NCBI GenBank assembly: GCA_045559735.1 | Contig: JBJLJN010000019.1 | Coordinates: forward strand, 1-60,805 | Reading direction: 5' to 3' | From: Candidatus Thalassarchaeum sp. | GTDB taxonomy: Archaea > Thermoplasmatota > Poseidoniia > Poseidoniales > Thalassarchaeaceae | DNA: 60,805 nt | In this document: piece after piece, positions 8,890 to 18,973 of the stretch | Layout: each line of letters starts with the position of its first letter | Numbering within the stretch: position 1 is the stretch's first letter | The notes under the pieces: generated by a model | The model's input: the letters and a program-made list of their open reading frames with translations, nothing else | What the model was told of the DNA's origin: nothing | The model's database searches: none | Position numbers and translations under genes: made by a program

Positions 8890-11265
8890 CTACTTTCGAC
8901 GCTCGAAGGGCTTACTCACCCGGCCAGGTCCGAAGTATAGTGCAGTGAGAGAGATTAGGATCAATCCCACGGCAATGAATAACAGTGCAGGACCTCGTTC
9001 TATTGAGTCAATCACACCGCCATTCTCGTTCTTATCTGTAATGGGCACGGATATCGAAGCCTCGTTATTATCCTCGAACGTCTCGTCAATTGAACCAGTA
9101 GCATCTACGAGTACCTCAAACGTGACCTCGCTCCCACTGCTGGGAACCTGTGCATCACAGACTGCAACTCTCAACTCACCCGGAGCGATGCTGCCAATCA
9201 TCTCCGAACCGATCAGAACACCATCGGCACGGCACTTGACATCTACGGCATCGGCCGTCTCTATGCCAAGGTTCCTGACATGAGAATAGACTTCCACAAC
9301 ATCTCCTGGCTTGACTTGGGAGACTCTAGCGCCATCCTTCCAGATTTCGATCATCTCGACGGTTAAATCTGACTTGGCAGTTACGATAACCTCAATCGTC
9401 TGCGTCACACTCAGCTCACCGTCGCTGAGTACCACATCGACTAGATGGTTCCCCTTGGTGACTGGAGTCAGGACTAGATCGTTAACAGAGTCGAAGGTAG
9501 CCCATGACCTGCTCGCTTGTAGGTCGTGAGATTCAGAATCCACATCTGAGACATCTAGGTCGATGACCATCGTCTCTCCTAATTCGATGTATGCAGTCAC
9601 AGGAAGTCCTTCAAGCACAGGGGCATCATTCACGGGATTAACATCCACTGAGAACGAATCACTCCAAACATTGCCAAGAGAGTCCTCTACATCCACAGTA
9701 ATCATCGAGCTTCCCCATGCGTCCCTCACTGGCTGGACTCTGACATATCCCTGAACCACGCTGGCATCAATCACTCCGACATCACTGCTGGAGGCACTGA
9801 TTAGAAAATCTCCAGGAGCGGTATTATCGTCCTGACACCGTACATCCATCGGCAGGTGAACTCCAGGCTCATCTTCGTTGAATGACATGTCTTCCAAATC
9901 CAAGCACTCCGGGGCGTAGTCCCATCGGATTTCGAAGGATCCGCTGATTGACATTTCCTCAATGTGCACTACAGTAGTTTCCGCAGTACCGTTGGACGAC
10001 CACTGGAACCTGCTCGCCACTCCGACTTGCAGTTCTTCTTCCACCCCGGGTAGAGCAAATCCCACAGGTACATCAATCTCGAACTCTCCTTTGTCGACAG
10101 GGATACTCGTTACTAGTTCGTTGCCAATGGCGAAGCGAATGTAACTGGTTTCGGCCAGTCCAAGGATACTCCCACTGACTCTCCCATTCACAATCAGACG
10201 AGGATCATTGACATCCACTCTTGCACCAGAAACACAGCCATCGTGGATTTCGATTCTGAGGTGCTGCGCGGAATCCCGATTATCGAGCAAGTCACCTGAC
10301 TGCTTCTCGACGTAGTCTCCATCAATGTCCCCAGGTAGTGCCCAGATCGTGTGGTTCCCGGCGCCATATACGTGGATTCTGCCCAGTTCCTGCAGTGGTG
10401 GAACATCTACATTGAAACTCCAACTCCCGGTCGCCGGACTGGTTGGGGTCAGGCCACAGCTCTCGCTTTTCAGGCCCGAGATCTCTCCGTCGTATGGCCC
10501 GAAGTCCAGCACGGGCGAATTGGCTTCAAGCACAGAGGAGACTGCCTTGACAGTCTCAAAGGAGTACCAGGGCTGATGGTACTTCACTCGCATACCGACT
10601 GCATCTACCCTGACTTCAGAGTCATCTGAGCCTACATTGTCTGAGATGTAGTCTATTGTGAATTGTGTTCCTTCCAGTTCAACCCAGTCTTGTGAGACCA
10701 AGTCATCCAGTGCAAGGACCATAGGATTTGAGATTCGATGAATTGGACCCAGAGTGCGCGCGTAGGTTGTAACCAACTGATCCGTACCATGATTCTGAAG
10801 GATAACCCTCACAGAATCCTGATTGAGCACATCGGGTATCGAGAAATGCAAGACCATAGAGACATTCGCTACTATCATTCCGTGCAGGCCGGAGAAATCG
10901 TAGCCACTCATTGTAATGTTGGGACCCTTAGACCATGTGTAGAAGGTATCCGGCTCTCCAAGTGTTGAGTTGGAACCAGTTGGACTTGAGGTGGCCCAGG
11001 AAGTGACTTGGGCGAAATTATCCGGTCTGTTGTGAGTAAATGACAACTCATCATCGGCAACCATCCCAATTGAGTGCTCAGCCGGGTTGGATGAGAATCC
11101 GGAAGTGCTGCTGATATCCCAGAGATCGGGCTCAGAGAAATCTCCTGCCTCGAGCAACAGGCCCCCCTCGGCGCCGATGACAGTATCGGCACCGGTAATG
11201 GGGACGGTTTGAGCCATGCCAGCCATGAGCAAGGCTGCCAATATCGCTCGAATACGAGTCCTCAT
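8890..11265 (-). CDS. Secreted, C-terminally membrane-anchored surface protein with cadherin-like and CARDB-like domains
   Basis: A signal-peptide-like N-terminus appears from the internal ATG at 11265 (MRTRIRAILAALLMAGMAQT). It has the module boundary VNPVNDAPVLEG and a CARDB-like stretch (KPGDVVEVYSHVRNLGIETADAVDVKC...FEDNNEASISV). The C-terminus has a TM helix (ALLFIAVGLILISLTALYF) and a short basic tail. Confidence 0.7.
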   Translation of the reverse strand: MRTRIRAILAALLMAGMAQTVPITGADTVIGAEGGLLLEAGDFSEPDLWDISSTSGFSSNPAEHSIGMVADDELSFTHNRPDNFAQVTSWATSSPTGSNSTLGEPDTFYTWSKGPNITMSGYDFSGLHGMIVANVSMVLHFSIPDVLNQDSVRVILQNHGTDQLVTTYARTLGPIHRISNPMVLALDDLVSQDWVELEGTQFTIDYISDNVGSDDSEVRVDAVGMRVKYHQPWYSFETVKAVSSVLEANSPVLDFGPYDGEISGLKSESCGLTPTSPATGSWSFNVDVPPLQELGRIHVYGAGNHTIWALPGDIDGDYVEKQSGDLLDNRDSAQHLRIEIHDGCVSGARVDVNDPRLIVNGRVSGSILGLAETSYIRFAIGNELVTSIPVDKGEFEIDVPVGFALPGVEEELQVGVASRFQWSSNGTAETTVVHIEEMSISGSFEIRWDYAPECLDLEDMSFNEDEPGVHLPMDVRCQDDNTAPGDFLISASSSDVGVIDASVVQGYVRVQPVRDAWGSSMITVDVEDSLGNVWSDSFSVDVNPVNDAPVLEGLPVTAYIELGETMVIDLDVSDVDSESHDLQASRSWATFDSVNDLVLTPVTKGNHLVDVVLSDGELSVTQTIEVIVTAKSDLTVEMIEIWKDGARVSQVKPGDVVEVYSHVRNLGIETADAVDVKCRADGVLIGSEMIGSIAPGELRVAVCDAQVPSSGSEVTFEVLVDATGSIDETFEDNNEASISVPITDKNENGGVIDSIERGPALLFIAVGLILISLTALYFGPGRVSKPFERRK

Positions 11266-11367
11266 GGCACACAACGATAGAGGACACTGCTTCAATCCGT
11301 TGGTCTCACAAGTCGCCATAGGCTCCGGTACTGTTGATAAACAGGGAATTGCCCCTTACCTGCGTAC

Positions 11368-11443
11368 GGCTGTGATGGTGTAGCGGTTAGCACGGTGGGT
11401 TGTGGTCCCGCCGGCCCGGGTTCGAGTCCCGGTCACGGCCCCA
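11368..11443 (+). tRNA. tRNA-His (anticodon GUG) with encoded G-1 and CCA
   Basis: Reads G(-1)-GCTGTGA-TG-GTGT-AGCGGTTA-GCAC-G-GTGGG-TTGTGGT-CCCGC-CGGC-CCGGG-TTCGAGT-CCCGG-TCACGGC-C-CCA. GTG is the anticodon. The extra 5' G opposite C73 is the tRNA-His hallmark. Confidence 0.9.
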
Positions 11444-11444
11444 C

Positions 11445-12080
11445 TTATTTTCCCTCTTTGAGGATGTTTGAATCGATGTCATGCCCCATTCTGTCGACCT
11501 TGGTTATTAGGTAATCACGATTCTCATTACTGATTCCAACGATGATTGGCATCCTCTCCACGATATTGATTCCCAGCTCTTGTAACTGTGAAATCTTATC
11601 CGGGTTGTTGGTGAGCAGACAGACGTCATCCACACCTATGGAGGACAGTATCTCCGAGGCCACTCCGTAGTCTCTATTGTCCGCAGGGTGTCCTAGCATG
11701 AGGTTGGCATCGAGAGTATCGGCACCTCTGTCTTGCAGGTTGTATGCCTGAATCTTCGCGTGTAGACCTATGCCGCGACCCTCTTGTCTGAGATACACGA
11801 TACTGCCCCATCCGACTTCCTGAATCTGCCTCATTGCCGCATCCAGTTGAGCACCGCAATCGCACCTAAGGCTCTGCAGAGCGTCGCCCGTAAGACACTC
11901 GGAATGAACCCTTACCAAAACGGGGTTAGGACCTTTCATATCTCCCAGTGTCAGAGCAACGTGGTCGTATCCTGTTCCTTCTTCATGGAAAACCCGGATT
12001 CTGAAATCTCCATGCGGAGTTGGCAGACGAGCCTCAGCCGGTATGTCGCCCAGTTCGTTGATGTCTACAACACTCGTCAT
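11445..12080 (-). CDS. ribA: GTP cyclohydrolase II
   Basis: Strong resemblance to RibA throughout: EARLPTPHGDF, VRVHSECLTGDALQSLRCDCGAQL, RQEGRGIGLHAKIQAYNLQDRGADT, LLTNNPDK. I chose the start at ATG 12080 (MTSVV). Longer in-frame starts at 12149 and 12239 exist but overlap the upstream tusA-like gene. Confidence 0.85.
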   Translation of the reverse strand: MTSVVDINELGDIPAEARLPTPHGDFRIRVFHEEGTGYDHVALTLGDMKGPNPVLVRVHSECLTGDALQSLRCDCGAQLDAAMRQIQEVGWGSIVYLRQEGRGIGLHAKIQAYNLQDRGADTLDANLMLGHPADNRDYGVASEILSSIGVDDVCLLTNNPDKISQLQELGINIVERMPIIVGISNENRDYLITKVDRMGHDIDSNILKEGK

Positions 12081-12126
12081 GATTCTCCGAGTTTCTTCAT
12101 GCCTTTGAATGGTATCCTGAACCAAT

Positions 12127-12357
12127 TTACTTACGAATCCTAAATCCATACTCTCCTGCTTCTTCTTCAACTCCCAGAAGATTAAGATCCAAACGATCGC
12201 ATAGGGCAGGTATGTCGTGCAGAGTCTCCGGGTCATCACATAGAATCAGCATCTCGGTGCCAGAGGAAGCCAACTCGAAGGCCCTACGAGTCTCGTGAAC
12301 CGGGATCGGGCACATGAAGCCGACCAGATTGAGAGTGATGACGGACTCATCCGACAT
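12127..12357 (-). CDS. TusA/SirA-family sulfur-carrier protein
   Basis: 76 aa with the family CPxP motif in context (LVGFMCPIPVHETRRAFE). Confidence 0.7.
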   Translation of the reverse strand: MSDESVITLNLVGFMCPIPVHETRRAFELASSGTEMLILCDDPETLHDIPALCDRLDLNLLGVEEEAGEYGFRIRK

Positions 12358-12365
12358 TCCAACAC

Positions 12366-13790
12366 CTAGGGGCCGACTATCTGCGGGCTCAGGGTCAGGC
12401 CGTTGAATTCCCTCGCCTTGATTACGTCCATGACGTATGCTACCTTGTCCACGTGAATCTCGACATCGCTCCCATCATCATTCTGGTGAATCTCGCCGAT
12501 AGCTATGTCTGGTACACGTGCCTGTTCGATAATCCAATCAGCCAAGTCCCTCTTGCTGGAGTCTCCCTTTCCGACTGTGACTCTGACCGTGACCATTCCG
12601 AAGATGTCAGAGACCTCGTCCCAGTCCTCCCTCTTGCCGATGGGGTCGCGATTCACCCCAGCAGGGAGATCGGGAGGATTGGTGAATTCAATGGATAGGT
12701 TCCAAGTCGACGATATTTTTTCTACCTGAGAGGTCTCCTCACGTGTGACGAAACTCCATGCCACACCCTTCCTTCCCATCCTGCCAGTCCGTCCGATTCG
12801 ATGCACATAGGTCTCGGTGTCATCAGGTAGGTCGTAGTTTACGACGTGGTTGATGCCGTCTACGTCGAGTCCTCTGGCAGCGACATCAGTAGCCACCAGT
12901 ATACCCTCTCCCCCTTCCTTGAAAGAATCGATAACCTTCTCTCTCTTGCTCTGGGAAAGATCACCGTGAAGCCCCGTAGCTCTAATCCGGAACTTACCCA
13001 GCCTCTCAGTCAGGATTTCCACCATCCGCTTTGTATTGGTGAATATGAGCATCTGGTCGCCATCATCCATGTTGCTGATGATTCTTCCCAGAGCCCAGAG
13101 TTTGTTCATCCTCCCGACCTGAATCGCATATTGTTCGATTTCAGGAATTTCGACTTCCATATCCTCACTCATAATGTGGACGGGGTCTGTCATGAACTCC
13201 TCAGCAGCATCGAGGACCTCTTCTGGGAAGGTGGCACTGAATAGCAATGTCTGCTTGCGCGAGGCGGACTTCTCGAGAATCCAAAGCACATCGGGAAAGA
13301 ATCCCATATCGAGCATCCTGTCTGCTTCATCGAGGCAGAAAATCGAGATTCGTCCTAAGTCCAGATGGCCTCGCTTGGTCATGTCGATGACCCTCCCTGG
13401 AGTGCCCACTACTATGTCGCAACCTCTGTCCAGTTTCTTAGCCTGCTTCTCTATATCAGTTCCGCCGTACACTGTCTGTATCGCGAGCCCCTTGTCACCC
13501 TGCAGAGAATCCATCTCTTTGGCGACCTGAACTGCCAATTCTCTTGTAGGGCACAGGACGATTGCCTGTGGATGGCCCACTGGATCGCATGACTCGAGGA
13601 TTGGAATGCCGAATGCACCCGTCTTGCCTGAACCTGTCTTGGCTTGCCCGACGACATCCAGTCCGTTCCTCGCTACTGGAATCGCATCCTTCTGGATCTC
13701 AGTGGGCTGCTCCCAACCGCATGAAGAAACTCCCTTGGCTATCGAGGGTTCAAGGCCCCACGAGGAGAAGTCGAATTCCGATGAACTCAT
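12366..13790 (-). CDS. DEAD-box ATP-dependent RNA helicase with DbpA-like C-terminal RNA-binding domain
   Basis: Shows a Q-motif region, AKTGSGKT (motif I), DEAD (II), SAT (III) and HRIGRTGR (VI), plus a C-terminal extension of about 80 aa. Confidence 0.9.
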   Translation of the reverse strand: MSSSEFDFSSWGLEPSIAKGVSSCGWEQPTEIQKDAIPVARNGLDVVGQAKTGSGKTGAFGIPILESCDPVGHPQAIVLCPTRELAVQVAKEMDSLQGDKGLAIQTVYGGTDIEKQAKKLDRGCDIVVGTPGRVIDMTKRGHLDLGRISIFCLDEADRMLDMGFFPDVLWILEKSASRKQTLLFSATFPEEVLDAAEEFMTDPVHIMSEDMEVEIPEIEQYAIQVGRMNKLWALGRIISNMDDGDQMLIFTNTKRMVEILTERLGKFRIRATGLHGDLSQSKREKVIDSFKEGGEGILVATDVAARGLDVDGINHVVNYDLPDDTETYVHRIGRTGRMGRKGVAWSFVTREETSQVEKISSTWNLSIEFTNPPDLPAGVNRDPIGKREDWDEVSDIFGMVTVRVTVGKGDSSKRDLADWIIEQARVPDIAIGEIHQNDDGSDVEIHVDKVAYVMDVIKAREFNGLTLSPQIVGP

Positions 13791-13799
13791 CTTATCGCC

Positions 13800-14090
13800 T
13801 CAGAAGGTCTCCGAATCGCGGATCTCCCTCTGCAGTTCGCCCATCCAATACTTGCGACAGTTCTCCTTGGTCAGGAACTGGTCTTTACTCGAGAAACTGT
13901 GATTGAAGTGCCCCTTGTCTGCAGAAGCGAACTGCCCCTTCTGCCTCTTGTGGAACTTCTGTAGCACGTGTTGGCGCATGTATTGCCTGAATCTTATTGA
14001 CTTGCTGCGATTGATCCCCTTGGGCGTGACGCCCTCCCAGAGCCTCTCGAATCGCTCCAGCTTGTCTTCGAACTCATCGCCCATGCTCAA
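13800..14090 (-). CDS. Small basic hypothetical protein (96 aa)
   Basis: The ORF is apparently translationally coupled to its neighbours: a 4-nt overlap with the upstream HEAT gene and a 9-nt gap to the helicase gene. I recognise no family. Confidence 0.45.
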   Translation of the reverse strand: MSMGDEFEDKLERFERLWEGVTPKGINRSKSIRFRQYMRQHVLQKFHKRQKGQFASADKGHFNHSFSSKDQFLTKENCRKYWMGELQREIRDSETF

Positions 14091-15289
14091 TCCTCGCTGT
14101 GCGGCCGACCCGACTTCTGTTTATCATGTTCACGCCTAGCGGATGATTCACCGCTACGCGGTGGCTCATCGACTTCCTCTCTCTCTACTTTGTCTAGCGG
14201 AGCAAGGAATCGATTCTTCTCATCCTCCGTGCCGTCTATCTCGACATCTCTTGCAAGGGATGCCAGTTGGCGTCTTAGTGCCGATCTTGTCTCTTGACGG
14301 AGCAGCTCAGCCGCCGCATTGCGCAAATCCTCGCCAGTCATGACTACCGGAAGATGGTCTATACAGGCCTTCCTGAGTTTGTAGTCACGGCTCCTCGCTC
14401 CGTCGATAATCATCTTGCTGACTCTCGGATTCCTCATGTCAAGCCTCTTGAGAGCTCTGATTACGGACTTCCTGACTCCGGGGTCCTCATCCTGCATTGC
14501 GGCTTCTATCAGAATGGTAGCTATCGCTGGTTCTGCATTCGCCAGTTGGACCAGTGTACCCGATGCATTCTTCCTGACTTGCGGGTCCTCATCTTCCAAT
14601 GACCACCCTACTAGGTCCCAGCCCGCAGAGCCTGATCTCGTGGCAATTTTTCTCAGGATTCTTGAACCCCTTCTCCTCAAATCGCGATCATCCTCTCGAA
14701 TAAGCTCGTCCAGATGCAGACATCCTACCTCGGGCCAGCTCTCAGCAGTTAGCCTGAGCGCTTCGAAGGCATTCTTTCGATGGTTGTCCTCATTCCTCCT
14801 CAGCTCCCTCCTTAGTATCTGCTCGCAACCTGAGGGGAAGACAGGGGCCACAAGGGTCAGGCAGTCTCTTGCTGCCTTCAGGACATCGGGATGTTCATCC
14901 ATCAATCTGTCCGATAAGCACTGGAGCAACCCCTCATGCCGCTTAATAGCTAATGGAGGCAGGCCCCTGAGGGCTGCCACCCTAATCGCCGCGTCGTCGT
15001 CATCGAGGCATTCTAACATCACGTCGTGTGCTTCGTCAAGTCTGCTTTCCAGCACTTTGTGAAGGGCCTTTATCCCATCCGCTCTCACAGCGAAAGAACC
15101 ACCCTTGCCACGAGGAAGTTGCACACTGGCGACATCCCCCCTTGCAAGTGGAATCACCTCATGCTTGGGAATTCTCTCCCAAGCCCCCTCAGTGGGCAGC
15201 AAGCCTTGGATATTGACGTCAACTGAAACAGTAGAGGAACCAATCTTCTTCCAGGTCCGCGGGTCCCTTGCAACGTATCTTCCAGCCAT
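14087..15289 (-). CDS. HEAT-repeat (PBS-lyase HEAT-like) protein
   Basis: Has recurrent DDDAAIRVAALRGL, DEDPQVRKNASGTL and DEDPGVRKSVIRAL helical-repeat signatures. Confidence 0.65.
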   Translation of the reverse strand: MAGRYVARDPRTWKKIGSSTVSVDVNIQGLLPTEGAWERIPKHEVIPLARGDVASVQLPRGKGGSFAVRADGIKALHKVLESRLDEAHDVMLECLDDDDAAIRVAALRGLPPLAIKRHEGLLQCLSDRLMDEHPDVLKAARDCLTLVAPVFPSGCEQILRRELRRNEDNHRKNAFEALRLTAESWPEVGCLHLDELIREDDRDLRRRGSRILRKIATRSGSAGWDLVGWSLEDEDPQVRKNASGTLVQLANAEPAIATILIEAAMQDEDPGVRKSVIRALKRLDMRNPRVSKMIIDGARSRDYKLRKACIDHLPVVMTGEDLRNAAAELLRQETRSALRRQLASLARDVEIDGTEDEKNRFLAPLDKVEREEVDEPPRSGESSARREHDKQKSGRPHSED

Positions 15290-15395
15290 CAGCTTCGGCC
15301 CCCGATATCGCCTTGTCTCTTGAATCAGTTGCCGAAATGCTCAATCACAGAGGGATAAGCATCAAGCATATCAGAGCGATCACGGTTTGAGATTC

Positions 15396-15989
15396 ATGGC
15401 TGAGGGGTACCCACTGGAAGTCGGCCGACTCCTATACTCAGCATTGTCCGACGCGCAGCAGCAGTCTGCTACCAGAGACGACCTATCTCGGTCATGGTCG
15501 CTTGAGTTACAATGGTTCACACCTGAGGAATCAAATTCAATTATCGAACACCTATGTTCGGGGGGTTGGCTGGTTGTTGATGCAGAAATGCTCTCACCCG
15601 CCTCCGGACTTACCCTATCTATGCCCCCTCTGGGGTGGAGGCCGATACCGAAAATTATCCTCAATGCTCCAGAATTGGAGTTAGATTCACTCCCTGAAGA
15701 AGACGTTTCCCCAGCTCCCATATCTACTCAAAGGACTCAAGAAGTCAGAATCTCGAATCCAGGGAATGAGAATATCCCCCCCGATAGAGCCGAGAACTCC
15801 ATTCCTTCTCTGATTGAAATCATCTCCAATGGTTCGGGCTTGCAGAACAAGGAGGTACTACGTCGAGCCCAGCGCAAACGCAGGGCCTTGGGCCCCGTCA
15901 CCCTTTGGATGGCTCTGGCACTTGTGGCCAGGGAACAAGGTCTCGACATGGATGTGGTAGTGTCCTCGATCGACCTTGAATCAGGCTAG
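15396..15989 (+). CDS. Hypothetical protein
   Basis: Track ORF 15387..15989 begins at a TTG; the first ATG is at 15396. Composition is acidic and protein-like. I do not confidently recognise a family. Confidence 0.45.
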   Translation: MAEGYPLEVGRLLYSALSDAQQQSATRDDLSRSWSLELQWFTPEESNSIIEHLCSGGWLVVDAEMLSPASGLTLSMPPLGWRPIPKIILNAPELELDSLPEEDVSPAPISTQRTQEVRISNPGNENIPPDRAENSIPSLIEIISNGSGLQNKEVLRRAQRKRRALGPVTLWMALALVAREQGLDMDVVVSSIDLESG

Positions 15990-18580
15990 TATCCATTGCC
16001 GCTGCGGAACTCGGCAGCCAGCAGTCCCGGAAGGACAAGCAGGGCCATTACAAGAGAGAAAAGAACCGAGATTGAACTGACGACTCCGAAGTCCTGAATG
16101 ACCGGTATCGGAGAGAGGAGGAGAACCATGAATCCGCAGATTGTTGTGCTAGCGGATAGAAGCAAGGCGGTTCCGGTAGTGGAGTACATGTCTCGCATAG
16201 CCTCCCAGGTTCTCATCCCGGAGTTCCGATTCGCCTCTATCCTCCTCCAAACATGGATGGAGTAGTCGATTCCCAGCCCGATAGTTAGAGCTGTAATCAT
16301 AATCGTCAGGACGTTCCAGTTGATTCCAAGCATAGCCATCGCTCCAACCACCCATGCGCCGGCGATGCCGACAGGTAGGATGACCACCAGAGACTGCCCG
16401 ATTCGGCGAGTCAGCAGAACCAGTACCAGTATCGACACGAACAGGCTGATTACAGTAGTCTCGACCTGTGAGAGAACCAAACCGGAGAGCACATTGTTGA
16501 GGATTATCACATCCCCAGTAACGTGAACCTGTCCTCCGACGAGACTATCTCCTTCCAGCAATTGAGCTTGCTTGGCAAAGACGTCAGAAACCTCTTGCGC
16601 CTCTTCGCTGTTACTGACTAGGACGTCCACCCTCATTCTCAGGTATTTGATTGAGGATCCGTCCTCGCTCAGAGCCACATGCATGCTTACTCTGTCAGAC
16701 CAGGAATCACCTCGCAATGGGTCTCCTATGCTGTCGTTGTTCAACAGTGAGGATAATGCTGCTAAGATGTCCCCTTCAGAGAAGTTACCTGTGAGCCCCA
16801 AGCCCCCGTCAAAAATGTCCAGGTGGTACATCTCCCCGAATTCAGGATCATTCTCGACCGCATCACGTAATATCGGATAGAGGCCATCGTAGGAAGGACG
16901 CTGCAAGCCTGAGTTCGGATTGACCACCTCGGGCAAGGCCGATATTCTACTGTCCAATCGTTCCAATCCTCTCAGCAGGTCTCGCTCTTCTCCAGATAGA
17001 GAATCGGCTCCAACCTCAGGCTCCACCAGAAGGATGACTGTCTTCCAAGCAGCAGCATTGTAGGAGTCGTAGATGTCATTCCTAACCTCCACTATATCCA
17101 TGCCTTCCTCCGAGAGGAAGTCTGTTAGCTCAAAGCTAGTGTCCAACTCTTTTATCGCTACAATGACCGAGCCCATGGTAATCATAGCCACGATGAGAAG
17201 GACTCTGGCCGTGTTACGTCTCTGGAAGCGTGTGGACAGGTCTGCCAACACATCCATTCTAAGGCCGCGATGAGAAATCTCACCAGCACTCTTCTCGACT
17301 ACGACGTGAACCGCACCTACGGTGACGGTGCTGGCGACGAAAGCCGATACCACACCTAGAGCCAGTGTGAAGCCGAACGTTCGTAGCGGAGGCAACTCAG
17401 AGAAGGTGTTGGCGAGGAATGCGAAAACGGTGGTTATCACCGCGAGAGAAAGAGCCAGCCGTAACACAGAAATTGACTCAACCCATGCCCGCGCTGCGCT
17501 CCCCGAGCGATTCTTGGCTACCTCGTAAGCTCGTTGAAGGTGAATCGAGTAATCTATCCCCAGCCCTAGAACGACGGGAGCTACAGCCACCTCTAGGACA
17601 GAGAGTCGCATTCCCAACAGAGTGACTATTCCGTAGGTCCAGACCAACGCTGCTGAGAGTCCCATCAGCGGAGCTGCCACCATCATGAAAGAGCGGAATG
17701 CCAGTGCCAGCAGGGCCACTACAACGAGCACAGCAATCAGAAGCAACCAGACTAGGTTGTCCATCGTGGATTGATTTATATCATGACTAATCAGGTCGTC
17801 TGAGATTACTCCATATCTCAGTACGTTCTCTTCGCTGTCTGGTCGAGCATCGGTCAGAATATCTCTGATTCCGGCAGACAGATCTCTCCTGTTCTCGTTG
17901 CTGATATCCCCGTTGATCTCAATAACCCACATTGTGCTTGAAGCGAAAGGAGTCGGATTCCCCTCGCCTGTAAGCAACCATTCGCACACCGGGTCGTAAT
18001 CGAAGTCCGTATGCAGCATAGCAGAGGCCGCGAATGACGCTGAGGCGATAGCCTGGTCGTTACCAATGGCGTCAGAGCACTCCTCGCCACCAGTTACTGC
18101 GCTCAGAAGCTCACTCCAATCGGAGAATTCAGATAAATCCCTGTTCTGATCATCCCTCTCGCTCAACGCAGTCTCGATTATCCCTGCAGCATTGAGGTGT
18201 GAGGCGATGAACTCTCCATTCTCATTCGCATATTCTTCTATTCTATCGAGATCCTTGGACAATTGCTTCAACGCTCCTAACTCCAGAATGTTGCATGAAG
18301 AATCCTCGCAGGCATCCACTCCGTTGGCCGATTCACTGTAAGGTTGGACATCGATGTAAAGAAGATGAGGAGTGCCTCCCATCTCTTTGTTGACCCTGTC
18401 CTCAGCAGAATCTGAATCGGTCTCGGGGGCGAATGATGATATCTCAGTTGTAAAACCCTGGAAATCCATCAGCACTTGGGCCATAGCAGCAGTGAATAGG
18501 ACGCTCACGACTACAATGGCCAGCGAAGCCTTCTCAAACAGTCGCTCTAGAGCTTCCGAGGACATCATTCCCTCGGTCAT
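15986..18580 (-). CDS. RND-superfamily / MMPL-type exporter (COG1033-like), paralog 1
   Basis: Has two pseudo-repeated halves, each a large soluble loop followed by a TM bundle. The bundles carry GLGIDYSIH (twice). Confidence 0.75.
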   Translation of the reverse strand: MTEGMMSSEALERLFEKASLAIVVVSVLFTAAMAQVLMDFQGFTTEISSFAPETDSDSAEDRVNKEMGGTPHLLYIDVQPYSESANGVDACEDSSCNILELGALKQLSKDLDRIEEYANENGEFIASHLNAAGIIETALSERDDQNRDLSEFSDWSELLSAVTGGEECSDAIGNDQAIASASFAASAMLHTDFDYDPVCEWLLTGEGNPTPFASSTMWVIEINGDISNENRRDLSAGIRDILTDARPDSEENVLRYGVISDDLISHDINQSTMDNLVWLLLIAVLVVVALLALAFRSFMMVAAPLMGLSAALVWTYGIVTLLGMRLSVLEVAVAPVVLGLGIDYSIHLQRAYEVAKNRSGSAARAWVESISVLRLALSLAVITTVFAFLANTFSELPPLRTFGFTLALGVVSAFVASTVTVGAVHVVVEKSAGEISHRGLRMDVLADLSTRFQRRNTARVLLIVAMITMGSVIVAIKELDTSFELTDFLSEEGMDIVEVRNDIYDSYNAAAWKTVILLVEPEVGADSLSGEERDLLRGLERLDSRISALPEVVNPNSGLQRPSYDGLYPILRDAVENDPEFGEMYHLDIFDGGLGLTGNFSEGDILAALSSLLNNDSIGDPLRGDSWSDRVSMHVALSEDGSSIKYLRMRVDVLVSNSEEAQEVSDVFAKQAQLLEGDSLVGGQVHVTGDVIILNNVLSGLVLSQVETTVISLFVSILVLVLLTRRIGQSLVVILPVGIAGAWVVGAMAMLGINWNVLTIMITALTIGLGIDYSIHVWRRIEANRNSGMRTWEAMRDMYSTTGTALLLSASTTICGFMVLLLSPIPVIQDFGVVSSISVLFSLVMALLVLPGLLAAEFRSGNGY

Positions 18581-18620
18581 GCGGCGCCGAATCGCCGCCT
18601 ATGTATAACTTAGGCTCTGT

Positions 18621-18640
18621 TTGGACCCAGAGGGGTCCAA
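18621..18640. promoter_or_regulatory. Inverted repeat TTGGACCC-AGAG-GGGTCCAA in the divergent MMPL/rpoL intergenic region
   Basis: Read directly: 8-nt arms and a 4-nt spacer. A TATA-like TGTATAAC lies at about 18603-18610, about 25 nt from the MMPL ATG (18580), consistent with a leaderless transcript. Confidence 0.3.
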
Positions 18641-18687
18641 CATACAGATGAAAGCACTCAAAAGGGAGCGTCCGGTCGGCGGCTGAC

Positions 18688-18945
18688 ATGCCAATCAAGG
18701 TACTGTTGAATGAGGGACGCGAACTCAGGCTGCGCATGGCAGGGGAGGACCACACCTCGCTGCAGCTGTTCCGTGCAAGACTCAACTCGAGCAAGGACGT
18801 CGAGTACTCCAACTATTTCCAGAAGCATCCCGACCTCGATGAGCCAGAACTCTATATTCGTACAGTCAAGGGAAAGAGCGCTGAGAAGGTGTTTAAGAGC
18901 CTGTGTTCAGACATCTCAAAGGAACTGTCGAAGCTCAAGCTTTGA
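18688..18945 (+). CDS. rpoL: DNA-directed RNA polymerase subunit L (Rpo11)
   Basis: 85 aa with a GEDHT motif, YFQKHPDLDEP (the HP motif), and the size and pattern typical of archaeal RpoL. Confidence 0.75.
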   Translation: MPIKVLLNEGRELRLRMAGEDHTSLQLFRARLNSSKDVEYSNYFQKHPDLDEPELYIRTVKGKSAEKVFKSLCSDISKELSKLKL

Positions 18946-18973
18946 TGGCGGTGTTGTCTTGTCGTTCAGCTCT

